Assembly: GCA_051748045.1 (NCBI GenBank)
Contig: JBNJGY010000005.1
Span: 1 to 57,083, forward strand
Source: Thermotogota bacterium
Lineage (GTDB): Bacteria; Thermotogota; Thermotogae; Petrotogales; Petrotogaceae
Length of the DNA: 57,083 bases
Reading direction: 5' to 3'
Positions 27,544-36,869 of this stretch are shown in pieces. Both the position numbers and the translations under genes were made by a program. The notes below the pieces were generated by a model, which made no database searches, was not told where the DNA came from, and saw nothing but the letters and a program-made list of their open reading frames with translations. Each line of letters opens with the position of its first letter. Within the stretch, counting starts at the first letter, position 1.

Positions 27544-28374
27544 TTAAAAATCAAAAGACTTCGGATCAGGACCTGTTCTCTTATCTTTATCTAATTCGTC
27601 TATCATTTTCATCTCAGCTTCTGTTAATTCAAAATCAAAAATTTCTGAATTTTCTTTAATTCTGTCTTTATGTACTGACTTTGGAATAGTTACAACACCA
27701 TTTTGAATATCCCATCTTAAGACTACTTGAGCTGGTGTTTTGTGATATTTTTTTGCTATTTCCACTATTTGAGGGATTTCAATTACTCCTCCACGCATAA
27801 TAGGACTCCAGGCTTCTTGTTGAATGTGATTATCTTTTAAAAAATCTCTCAAAGATGGTTGAACTAATTCTGGATGATGCTCTATTTGATCAACCATAGG
27901 TGGAACATTTGCTGAACTCATCAAATCTCGTAGTTGATGTTCTAAAAAATTACATACCCCTATTGACCTTACAGCGCTTTGCTCATAAAGACTTTCCAAA
28001 GCTCTCCATGTTTGTTTGAATTTTCCAGAAACTGGCCAATGTATAAGGTACATATCTATATAATCTACATTTAATCTACCTATACTTCTATCAAAAGCTT
28101 TTAAAGTTTCATCATACCCTTGTTCATCATTCCAAACTTTTGTTGTTAGAAAAATATCTTTTCTTTCCACATCAGAAGCTTTAATAGCCTTACCTACTTC
28201 TTCTTCGTTTTCATAGAACGAGGCTGTATCTATACTTCTATACCCCATTTTTATGGCTTCTAAAATAGCAGATATAAGTTCATCTCCATGAGCCTTATAA
28301 GTTCCTAAGCCTAAAACAGGAATATCTATACCGTTTTTTAACTTAAAAGTAGATTTAATACTATCTAATTGCAT
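27544..28374 (-). CDS. aldo/keto reductase (AKR5, YvgN/YtbE-like)
   Basis: GYRSIDTASFYENE, TTKVWN, YLIHWP and IPKS motifs. Confidence 0.93.
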   Translation of the reverse strand: MQLDSIKSTFKLKNGIDIPVLGLGTYKAHGDELISAILEAIKMGYRSIDTASFYENEEEVGKAIKASDVERKDIFLTTKVWNDEQGYDETLKAFDRSIGRLNVDYIDMYLIHWPVSGKFKQTWRALESLYEQSAVRSIGVCNFLEHQLRDLMSSANVPPMVDQIEHHPELVQPSLRDFLKDNHIQQEAWSPIMRGGVIEIPQIVEIAKKYHKTPAQVVLRWDIQNGVVTIPKSVHKDRIKENSEIFDFELTEAEMKMIDELDKDKRTGPDPKSFDF

Positions 28375-28456
28375 GAAAAAACCCCCTTTGTAAAATTTTA
28401 AAACGTTTCAACAACATACATTACCATTATACTCCAGTTTACATTTATAAAAAAAT

Positions 28457-28487
28457 AAAAAGAAGGAGATAATTGACATCTCCTTCT
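28457..28487 (-). terminator. intrinsic terminator
   Basis: AGAAGGAGAT/ATCTCCTTCT stem with a T-run. Confidence 0.65.
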
Positions 28488-28539
28488 AATATTATTTGAT
28501 TACACTTCATATTATTAATTACACTATAAATAGGCATAC

Positions 28540-28746
28540 TTAAAATGCCATATCGTCACCAGCTCCAGAATCGTTTTGATCATTCATGGAGTCTTCTTGT
28601 TGATCTTCATAATAATACTCTTCTTCCATTTGTTCATCGGCACCATCTTCTAACTCTTCAAGTCCCTCTGTATCTGTATTTAGGGCAAAAAAAGCAACTA
28701 TTATAAAGAAAACGATAAGAATTATCCAAAGAATAGCTCTTTTCAT
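28540..28746 (-). CDS. small membrane-anchored acidic protein (68 aa)
   Basis: Strong AAGGAGGT RBS; one TM helix and a D/E-rich tail; has its own terminator. Confidence 0.75.
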   Translation of the reverse strand: MKRAILWIILIVFFIIVAFFALNTDTEGLEELEDGADEQMEEEYYYEDQQEDSMNDQNDSGAGDDMAF

Positions 28747-28868
28747 AGAAACACCTCCTTTTGGAACTCATATCATTTACATTATCACCCTAAAACAAAC
28801 AGGTAAAATCGAACTTAAAAAGTTCTTAAAAAAAACTTAAAAGAATTAGAAGTTTTATTTAAACATTT

Positions 28869-30272
28869 TTATACATTTTTTCCCTTTTGAATATGAAATA
28901 TGGATACAATCATTCTAGCAATTTGAACTAAAACATCGATTATTAAAAGAACTGTTAAGTCTGGAACATATAGTAACATAATTTTTAAATCAACACCAAT
29001 TGCTAAAATATTATTTAATATAAAAGGTATACCGAATATCAAAAATAAAAATACAATAAGTGATTTTATACCTTCGTTTATCCATTTCTTTTTTGTTTTT
29101 TTAGATTTTGCAATTTTTACAGTATCCCAAATATCTTTAAGAGTTAAAAACAAAATCAATATCGAAACTATTCTTAGAGCCCAATTAGATGGAAAATGGT
29201 TGTATTCTTTTTCATCTTGAACATATGAAAAAAGATTATCGTTTAAATTTTTAAAAGCTCCAACAAAGTTCATAGCTAAATGGTTCTTATTTGCAATATA
29301 CATATAAGCACTATCTTCTTCTGGAAATAAAGCAACATGAGAACTAAATGTAGCTACAGCTCCACTATGTTCTACAATTTCAACTCCATTCTCATTTCTT
29401 ACGTTCCAACCCATTGCATAACCGCTATCTTCAGTTATTTCTCTCATCTCTTCTATACCATTTAGTGATAAAATATTACCTTTTGGATTAAGTAAAAAAT
29501 CAACATATTCGTTCATATCTTCTAAATTACTCAAAATAAACCCTGAAGGTATATCATACAAAGGTACTCTTTGTTTCATTCTGAAAGAAAATCCAAATAT
29601 ACTTGTATAGCCATGTACATCTTTTTCTCTTATTTCTTCTATATCAGCTGTTGTATTTGTCATATTTAAAGGTTCAAATATATTTTTTCTCATATATTCT
29701 GCATAAGATTCTTTTGTTACTTCTTCAATCAACAAACCTAAAATATTATAATTATCGTTCAAGTAGTAAAATTCTTCTCCTCTGTCAGTAACAGCTTTCA
29801 TAGAAGATAGCTCTCTTATTCTTTCTTCAATTGTTGAATCAAAATCAGAGCTTCTTACCTGATTTTTTCTGGACAAACCACTTTTTTGAACCAATATATC
29901 TCTAACAGTTATTCTTTCGCTAAGATCCTTGTCTGCAACTTCAAAGTAAGGAATATAATTTTGAACAGGATCGTCCAATTCAACAAGCCCTTTTTCTACT
30001 AGTTGCATAACAGCTAAAGCAGTAAAAGATTTTGAAACAGAACCTATAAACATTGGGTCAGTTGATGACAAATCATCGCCTTCTCCATTTTTACCAAGAG
30101 CGTTTAAGAAAACAACTTCTCCATCTTCTACAATACTTGCTGCTATTCCAGGAAAACTGGCTTCATTCATATGTTCTTCTAACAAAGAACTGATTTCTTC
30201 ATTGTTTACTACAGCAAAAACAAACTGAAAAGATAAAACCATCAAAACAAGCAATACTAAAATTTTTTTCAT
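28869..30272 (-). CDS. serine hydrolase (class C beta-lactamase/peptidase S12 family) with C-terminal TM helices
   Basis: GSVSKSF (SxxK), YLN and HSG motifs; signal peptide. Confidence 0.88.
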   Translation of the reverse strand: MKKILVLLVLMVLSFQFVFAVVNNEEISSLLEEHMNEASFPGIAASIVEDGEVVFLNALGKNGEGDDLSSTDPMFIGSVSKSFTALAVMQLVEKGLVELDDPVQNYIPYFEVADKDLSERITVRDILVQKSGLSRKNQVRSSDFDSTIEERIRELSSMKAVTDRGEEFYYLNDNYNILGLLIEEVTKESYAEYMRKNIFEPLNMTNTTADIEEIREKDVHGYTSIFGFSFRMKQRVPLYDIPSGFILSNLEDMNEYVDFLLNPKGNILSLNGIEEMREITEDSGYAMGWNVRNENGVEIVEHSGAVATFSSHVALFPEEDSAYMYIANKNHLAMNFVGAFKNLNDNLFSYVQDEKEYNHFPSNWALRIVSILILFLTLKDIWDTVKIAKSKKTKKKWINEGIKSLIVFLFLIFGIPFILNNILAIGVDLKIMLLYVPDLTVLLIIDVLVQIARMIVSIFHIQKGKNV

Positions 30273-30309
30273 ACCAAAAACACCCCTATCTGAGATTATT
30301 TTACTTTGT

Positions 30310-30461
30310 GCTTTTTTATACTATCAATTCAATGTACCATCGTTATTAGCATTTCATAAACACAATGTAAAACAGGATAAGCTGTCTATATAAGAATTTA
30401 AACGGTTAAATTGTCAATATCCTAACAGTTTTTCAAATAATTCTCTTGCATTTAATCCCAT
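30310..30461 (-). pseudogene. degraded gene remnant (MGLNARELFEKLLGY*)
   Basis: Good RBS (AAGGATGGTGA) and ATG at 30461, stop at 30414, followed by coding-like fragments. Confidence 0.4.
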
Positions 30462-30583
30462 CTGAATCACCATCCTTTGTATATATACTATTATATTTTT
30501 TAATTGAAATCAATAAAAATACATTAATTATATAGAGATATGGTAATATAGAAAATGAAAAATAAATTTTAAGGAGAAAATAT

Positions 30584-31696
30584 ATGCTTCAAGATTTTAT
30601 TCAAGCTTTCTTTTTAGTTTTCATAGCTGAAATGGGAGATAAAAGTCAAATACTTGCTATGGCATTTGCAACGAAATTCCCAGTAAAAAAAGTAATGATA
30701 GGCGTATTTGCAGGTGCTTTATTAAACCATGGATTAGCTGTACTATTGGGAAATTTTATTCAAGATTATATTCCCATAACGACCTTGCAAATTGTGGCTG
30801 GATTTGCATTTGTTTTATTTGCTTTATGGTCACTAAAACCAGAAGACGATGAAGACGAAGAAACAGATAAAAAAATGAAGTTCGGTCCCATACTAACTGT
30901 AGCAATAGCTTATTTTTTGGGAGAACTTGGAGACAAAACACAGCTCACAGCTATAGCTTTGTCAGCAAACAGTCAATTCCCATGGTTAATATTAACAGGA
31001 ACAGTACTCGGAATGACTACAACAAGTGGAATTGGAGTTTTTATTGGTAAAAAACTCGGAGACAGAATCCCAGAGTTCACTATAAGAATAGTTGCTGGAG
31101 CCATATTTATGTTCTTTGGAATATTAAAACTATTTCAGTCTCTACCAGAAAGATTTATTACAGCACCATATTTAATAACATTCTTTGGAGTAGTAGGAAT
31201 AATCTCTTTCTTCTTAGTTAACAGCTCAATAAAACAAAGAAAAGAAGGAAAGAAAACCTTACTACAGAAAAAGGCAAAAGAACTATACGATTATTACCAC
31301 AAAATGGATGAAGAAGCAGATAAACTTTGTTTAGGACTAGACATATGTAAATATTGCCAGGGAAATGAATGTGTTGTTGGTCAGATAAAAAACATAGTAA
31401 AAAGTGGATTGGAAGAGGATTATGTAAGAACATTTTCTACAAAAACACTAAACCTTGAAACACTAAACAAAAACTTCGATAGACAAAAAGTCATTCAAAG
31501 CCTTAAAAACACCGTACATTCAATAAAAGCCATTAAAAAAATCCAAGAAAAAGACAACATACACAATATAAGAAAAAATTTAGAATTAATACTTTTTGGA
31601 AAATGCATAAAAAAATTTGAAAACTGGGAAAATTACAAACAAAAATTATTGGAAATAGACAGAATAACAGCAGAAAAAATCATAAAAAACAAATAA
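30584..31696 (+). CDS. TMEM165/GDT1 (UPF0016) Ca2+/Mn2+ transporter with C-terminal Cys-containing extension
   Basis: Duplicated EMGDKSQ and ELGDKTQ motifs. Confidence 0.88.
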   Translation: MLQDFIQAFFLVFIAEMGDKSQILAMAFATKFPVKKVMIGVFAGALLNHGLAVLLGNFIQDYIPITTLQIVAGFAFVLFALWSLKPEDDEDEETDKKMKFGPILTVAIAYFLGELGDKTQLTAIALSANSQFPWLILTGTVLGMTTTSGIGVFIGKKLGDRIPEFTIRIVAGAIFMFFGILKLFQSLPERFITAPYLITFFGVVGIISFFLVNSSIKQRKEGKKTLLQKKAKELYDYYHKMDEEADKLCLGLDICKYCQGNECVVGQIKNIVKSGLEEDYVRTFSTKTLNLETLNKNFDRQKVIQSLKNTVHSIKAIKKIQEKDNIHNIRKNLELILFGKCIKKFENWENYKQKLLEIDRITAEKIIKNK

Positions 31697-31716
31697 TTTC
31701 ATAACACATATTGGAA

Positions 31717-31745
31717 AAATCCAGGCTAAGCCTGGATTTATTTTT
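31717..31745. terminator. bidirectional terminator
   Basis: AAATCCAGGC-TAA-GCCTGGATTT. Confidence 0.75.
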
Positions 31746-31772
31746 CTTTTCTTACACCTTTAAAAAGAAGAA

Positions 31773-32126
31773 TTAAAAATATTCTTTAAATATCTCTATT
31801 CCTTTTGTATCAAATTCGGTGTTATCACCAATATTTGTGTTTTTCCATTCATTGAATTTATGAGTTACTTCATCTCCAAGTTTTTTAGAACTCATATCCC
31901 CAAATGCATTCCAAATTTTTTCAGCGATTTCTTCTTCTTTTTTAGTTAAATATTTCTTGTAAGTTGTATCTTTTGAGTTTGGTGGGGCTACTACAACCCA
32001 TCTTTTATCTTGTTCTGGTTGAAAAGTGTCTTCAATTAATTCAAAATTTAGTTTATTTGTATAAAAATCTATTGCTTCATCATAATCTTTTACAACTGAT
32101 GCAATGTGGGCTATTGATTGTCTCAT
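31773..32126 (-). pseudogene. chimeric remnant: VOC/glyoxalase N-half fused to a Panacea(DUF4065/SocA)-like C-terminus
   Basis: The first ~54 aa are typical VOC (HIASVVKDYDEAIDFY...KRWVVVAPP). The rest (EIAEKIWNAFGDMSSKKL..VTH..EWKNT) resembles a Panacea tail. Confidence 0.6.
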
Positions 32127-32138
32127 TTTTATCCCTCC

Positions 32139-34538
32139 TTAAAATCCAAAGTATAAGTTATAATCTTGGTTTATTAAAGATTGTGTGTACCTTATTTTGA
32201 ATACCCCCATTGGAGTGTAAAACCCAACAGCTCCTCCAACGACAAAATCAAAGTCTTGTGCTGATATATCTTCTTTTTTATCTATCAGTTTTCCTGTTTC
32301 AAAAATAACTTCTAGATTTATTATATTGTATAGATTTTGACTAATTGATACAGAATCAAATATTTGTCCTTTTGCTACGTCCATACCCTGATAAGATTTT
32401 AAATGGTTTTCAAAGTTGTATTTATCTTGTAATTCTAGAGGTGTATCCATGTCCATATATTTGTTTCTGAATAAGTTGGATACAGTTAAACCAAAATCAA
32501 AATCTAATTTAGCTAAATTAGCATATCCATAATAAGGATAGAAATTATCATAATCATAATTAAAACCTACTTTCATGGCATTTACTGAGCTTAATATTCC
32601 TATTCCATCTGAACTATTAAAGTTGAGGTTTAATCTATAATAATTATCTGGAACTATGTTTAATTCGTTTTTGTCAGTTGAGCTATCAAAAAAGAACTCA
32701 TTTGTTACTGAAGCTGTTATTTTTTCCGTTAGATATGTTGTTTGATTTGTTTTTATATAATTCCTTTTTAACTCAGAAACCTTTTCGTCTTTTGGGATAT
32801 ATTCTGTATAATATCCACCTTCTAGATCATTTCTTTTTGTAAAAAAAATGTTTGTTGGTATTTCAGCTTTTATATATGTAGGAAAATATTTATTAAACGA
32901 ATATCCTCCATGTAAATTAATCATAGTTCCAAAGGTGTTGTAGTAATGCAATGAAACTCTTGACTCGAATATATCTTGAAGTATATTCTCCAAAATATTA
33001 GAAGTGCTTTTAAAAAAACTTTCTCCTTCTTGAACATAAACCGTGATTATTAACTCTTCTTCTTTATATTCTGGGATTAATAGTATTTCTGAAAAACTGT
33101 TCAAGTTTTTAAGCCTTGTTTCTATGTTTTTGATTTTTGTAGCCTTGTAAACTTCGCCTTCTTTTAAATCTATCAACCATTTCAAATAGTTTAAATTAGT
33201 TTTTGAATATCCTTTATATTCTACTTTATCTATTGTTTTTCCATTGAATTTATCATAATCTAACCCATCTTTCAATACAGATTCAGAATTTCCTTCTTTT
33301 GGCATGTAAGATAATATGTTCGAAAATATTTTATTTTCGTATCTTGGTTCTCTTGCTTTGTAGTCAGTGTTTATTAATTCTATTGTTTTTTCTAATGCTT
33401 TCTCTGAATCAACTTTTATGTCTGGTTCTGTACCAGCTATTAAGTTAACAGTTCCATCGGGATTCAGACCTAATATAGACGGAGTTCTCAAAACAAGGTT
33501 TGTGTTTGGTAGTTTGAAAAATATTGGGTTTAACCCTATACCATCTCCACCAGTTTTTTCACCAACTAAAGTGGCAAAATTCGTGTTTTTTGCAAAAGAA
33601 GCAAATGCTTCTGTTGATGAATAAACCCCATTATCCACCAGAAGAAATATATTACCCTCATAATTTAAAGAGTCTTCTGGGGATACTCCTGTTTTGAATT
33701 TCATTGGAGCCATATAATCTACAGTCAATAATTGTTCCGGGGTGTGTGGAAGGCTAAGTACTTCACTTCTGTCTGCTCTCATCAAAGTGTCAACATATGG
33801 AAGATGAATGTTTATAAAATCGACAGCTTCTTTTCCTGATCTGTTGAATATATAATAATCCACTGATAAATAAGCTTTTGTTAATTTAGATACTATATAA
33901 TCTTGCCAATATTTTACAGCTCCACCACCATTTCCTCTGACATCAATTATTATATTTTCATAATCTTTTACTTCTTTTAAAAAAGATACAACTTTTTCCT
34001 CATCAGCTAAATAGTGTGCATATCCAATACTATTTATTTTTAAATAAGCAATTTTATCCTTTTCTATAATTTTGGTTTCTACATTGTTTGGATCCAACTC
34101 TTTTCTTCCTGTTAAATATTTATTTTCTATTATTGATTCTAAATATTTATATGTTTCTAATGATTCCTCATTGAATATTTCTTCAGAAAAATAGTCAAAA
34201 TAGTTCATAGAGCCACTTGAGAATGTGTTAGATAACTCATAATACCAAGATGGATGAATTAAATTGGTGTGTCCGTTTCTAAACCATCTCATGTAGTTAT
34301 TTATTAAGTTATAATACTCTAAATCTGTCATATCTTCACTTATTTCTTTAAAATACTCCTCTGAGATTTTCTCGAAAGACTCTTTTGTCACTCCCTCGAT
34401 AAAATCGAAATAAACATAATTATCTTCCATAAAGTTTATAAGTATTTTAAAATCAGCTCTTTTATCTTTATATGTGAATTTTGAACTAAAAGATATCAGC
34501 GTTACTAATAATAAAACAACCACCAAAAATTTCTTCAT
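32139..34538 (-). CDS. S41 family peptidase fused to POTRA and an Omp85-like beta-barrel
   Basis: Signal peptide; IIDVRGNGGG, YSSTEAF, LVGEKTGG and GTEPD S41 motifs; IDKVEYKGYSKTN...RLKNLNSFSEI POTRA-like; amphipathic strands ending YNLYFGF. Confidence 0.75.
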   Translation of the reverse strand: MKKFLVVVLLLVTLISFSSKFTYKDKRADFKILINFMEDNYVYFDFIEGVTKESFEKISEEYFKEISEDMTDLEYYNLINNYMRWFRNGHTNLIHPSWYYELSNTFSSGSMNYFDYFSEEIFNEESLETYKYLESIIENKYLTGRKELDPNNVETKIIEKDKIAYLKINSIGYAHYLADEEKVVSFLKEVKDYENIIIDVRGNGGGAVKYWQDYIVSKLTKAYLSVDYYIFNRSGKEAVDFINIHLPYVDTLMRADRSEVLSLPHTPEQLLTVDYMAPMKFKTGVSPEDSLNYEGNIFLLVDNGVYSSTEAFASFAKNTNFATLVGEKTGGDGIGLNPIFFKLPNTNLVLRTPSILGLNPDGTVNLIAGTEPDIKVDSEKALEKTIELINTDYKAREPRYENKIFSNILSYMPKEGNSESVLKDGLDYDKFNGKTIDKVEYKGYSKTNLNYLKWLIDLKEGEVYKATKIKNIETRLKNLNSFSEILLIPEYKEEELIITVYVQEGESFFKSTSNILENILQDIFESRVSLHYYNTFGTMINLHGGYSFNKYFPTYIKAEIPTNIFFTKRNDLEGGYYTEYIPKDEKVSELKRNYIKTNQTTYLTEKITASVTNEFFFDSSTDKNELNIVPDNYYRLNLNFNSSDGIGILSSVNAMKVGFNYDYDNFYPYYGYANLAKLDFDFGLTVSNLFRNKYMDMDTPLELQDKYNFENHLKSYQGMDVAKGQIFDSVSISQNLYNIINLEVIFETGKLIDKKEDISAQDFDFVVGGAVGFYTPMGVFKIRYTQSLINQDYNLYFGF

Positions 34539-34721
34539 TGCAATCACCATCCCATATATTTTTCACTTATATTATATATAATAAGATGTCTTTTTGAAAA
34601 AACTTTCTGATGAAATGCAAATAATGAGAATGAAAAGTCTAGATAAAAACACTACACTAATACACCACCCTTTCGAAAAAATGTATAATCTTGAAGATTT
34701 CAAAAAATGAGGAGGAGAAAT

Positions 34722-35684
34722 ATGGAAAAAAACATAATCGAGGTAAATAACCTAACGAAAAATTACAAAGATGTAGAAGCGGTTAAAAACCTTAGTTTTA
34801 ATGTAAAAGAAGGAGAAATTTATGCTTTTCTTGGGACAAATGGTGCGGGGAAATCAACAATAATAAAAGTCATAACAAGTATGATAAAACCAACGTCTGG
34901 AAGTATAAAAGTAGATGGAGAAGAAGTATCTAACAACAAAAACAATCTAAAAAGAATTTTTGGAGTAGCTTTGCAAGATACTGCAATAGATCCCAACCTT
35001 ACAGGCAGAGAATTGATTACTCTACAAGCTCAATTATTTGGATTTTCAAGGAAAAACGCTAAAAAACGTTCGCAGGAATTAGTAGAACTTTTGGATATGA
35101 TGGATTTTGCAGATAGAAAATCTGGAAAATATTCTGGCGGAATGAAACGAAGGTTAGATTTAGCTTTGACTATTGTACATAAACCAAAAATTTTATTTTT
35201 AGACGAACCAACAGTTGGCTTAGATCCAATAAGTAGAGAAAAAATTTGGAAAGAAATTTTGAAATTGAACCGTGATTTCAATACAACTATTTTCTTTTCT
35301 ACTCAATATTTAGAAGAAGCAGACAAATACGCTCAAAAAGTTTGTATCATTAAAAATGGTAAAAAAGTCGTTGAAGAAAAAACTAATATTCTTAAACAAT
35401 CTTTTGATAAAAACATAATAAAATTTATTTTTAACTCAAATAAAGAACTGGTAAAAGCTAAAAAGATTTTAAATAATGATTTTGAAATTAAAAATTCAGA
35501 TAATAACTCTTTGAGTATTTATTCTGAAAAATCAGATAAAAAAGAAAATTATTTGTTAAATGTTATAAAAAAGCTCACTGAAAATAATGTAGCATTTATA
35601 GATTTAAACGTAAGCTCAACTAACTTAGACGATGTTTTTATTAATTTGATGAATGATAATCAGGAGGTTGTATATGATAAATAA
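34722..35684 (+). CDS. ABC transporter ATP-binding protein (DrrA-like)
   Basis: GTNGAGKS and YSGGMKRRLDLA motifs; ATG 34722 lies behind GAGGAG. Confidence 0.9.
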   Translation: MEKNIIEVNNLTKNYKDVEAVKNLSFNVKEGEIYAFLGTNGAGKSTIIKVITSMIKPTSGSIKVDGEEVSNNKNNLKRIFGVALQDTAIDPNLTGRELITLQAQLFGFSRKNAKKRSQELVELLDMMDFADRKSGKYSGGMKRRLDLALTIVHKPKILFLDEPTVGLDPISREKIWKEILKLNRDFNTTIFFSTQYLEEADKYAQKVCIIKNGKKVVEEKTNILKQSFDKNIIKFIFNSNKELVKAKKILNNDFEIKNSDNNSLSIYSEKSDKKENYLLNVIKKLTENNVAFIDLNVSSTNLDDVFINLMNDNQEVVYDK

Positions 35685-36450
35685 ATCTTTTTTAACTCAA
35701 GTTTATTACTTAACAAAAAGAAGTCTTATAGCATCTTTCAGAAATCCTTTTGTTTATATACCAAATTTTGTTATTAGTTTGTTTTTTCTTTTTGTTTATT
35801 CTGGTGGAGTTAATGCAATAACTCAGCTACCAAACCTTGAAAATGTTAATTATGTTGCTTTTATTCTCCCCATTTCAATAGTATCAGCAGCAATAGGGGC
35901 TTCAACAGGAGCTGTTGAAAGTTTGGTAAAAGACATTGAAAATGGTTATTTCACAAGATTATATTTAGCTCCCATAAACAAGATAGCTATAGTTTTAGGA
36001 CCTATACTTACAGGTATGATACATTTAATAATTCAATCAGCTATATTACTTTTGATTTCTTTACCAATGGGTGTTTCAATTAACAATGGTTTAAATGGGT
36101 TTTTAACTATTTTGTTATTAGTTATGGGAATTGGTTTAGCATTTACAGGATATGCTACAGCTATAGCGTTGATTTCAAAAAGTTCTCAAGCTGTACAAAT
36201 GGGGACCATGATATTCTTTCCAATGTTGTTTTTGAGTAGCACTTTTGTTCCTTTGGAAATGATCGACATTAAATGGTTATCTGTCGCTGCAAAGATAAAC
36301 CCTACTACTTATATATTTGAAGGTATTAGAGCCTTATTAATTGAAAACTGGAATACTGATTACATAATATACGGTTTATTAATTGGGCTTGTTGGAACTA
36401 CTGTATCTTTGATAATCGCCACTCTATCCTCAAAAAATATTTTCGAATGA
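35674..36450 (+). CDS. ABC-2 type permease (DrrB-like)
   Basis: Six TM helices; FLSSTFVP and INPTTY motifs; ATG behind AGGAGG. Confidence 0.88.
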   Translation: MINKSFLTQVYYLTKRSLIASFRNPFVYIPNFVISLFFLFVYSGGVNAITQLPNLENVNYVAFILPISIVSAAIGASTGAVESLVKDIENGYFTRLYLAPINKIAIVLGPILTGMIHLIIQSAILLLISLPMGVSINNGLNGFLTILLLVMGIGLAFTGYATAIALISKSSQAVQMGTMIFFPMLFLSSTFVPLEMIDIKWLSVAAKINPTTYIFEGIRALLIENWNTDYIIYGLLIGLVGTTVSLIIATLSSKNIFE

Positions 36451-36454
36451 TTAT

Positions 36455-36490
36455 AAATCTCCTGCAAATAATTATGCAGGAGATTTTTTT
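36455..36490. terminator. bidirectional terminator
   Basis: AAATCTCCTGCA/TGCAGGAGATTTTTTT. Confidence 0.8.
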
Positions 36491-36491
36491 A

Positions 36492-36824
36492 TTATTCAAA
36501 CAGATTATTAAGTATTGGGATAACATTTATAAGAGGTTCTTCATAAGGATGTAGTTCTTTGATCTTTTTTATAGATTCTTTTACAAACTCATATTTGCAT
36601 CTGATTTCCATTTTGCATTCACTACCTTTACTAATCTCACCTTCTTCTCCATCGAACGGGTTAGAACCTTTCAAAGGTCTCCAATAACCTGTTATTTGAG
36701 TTATTGCAACTACATTATCATAATTTCCAACATGGCACGCTCCTATTTTGTTTAGGGCATTTCTTATTTTTTCAACATATTTTTCTGGCACATATATTTC
36801 AATTTTATATTCTTCAAAAATCAT
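36492..36824 (-). CDS. Nif3-insert/YqfO-like PII-fold small protein
   Basis: GACHVGNYD, GYWRPL.GSNP and HPYEEP motifs. Confidence 0.8.
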   Translation of the reverse strand: MIFEEYKIEIYVPEKYVEKIRNALNKIGACHVGNYDNVVAITQITGYWRPLKGSNPFDGEEGEISKGSECKMEIRCKYEFVKESIKKIKELHPYEEPLINVIPILNNLFE

Positions 36825-36869
36825 ATTATCACCTCAATTAATATTATATATCAAAGAAAGAACTTGCTT

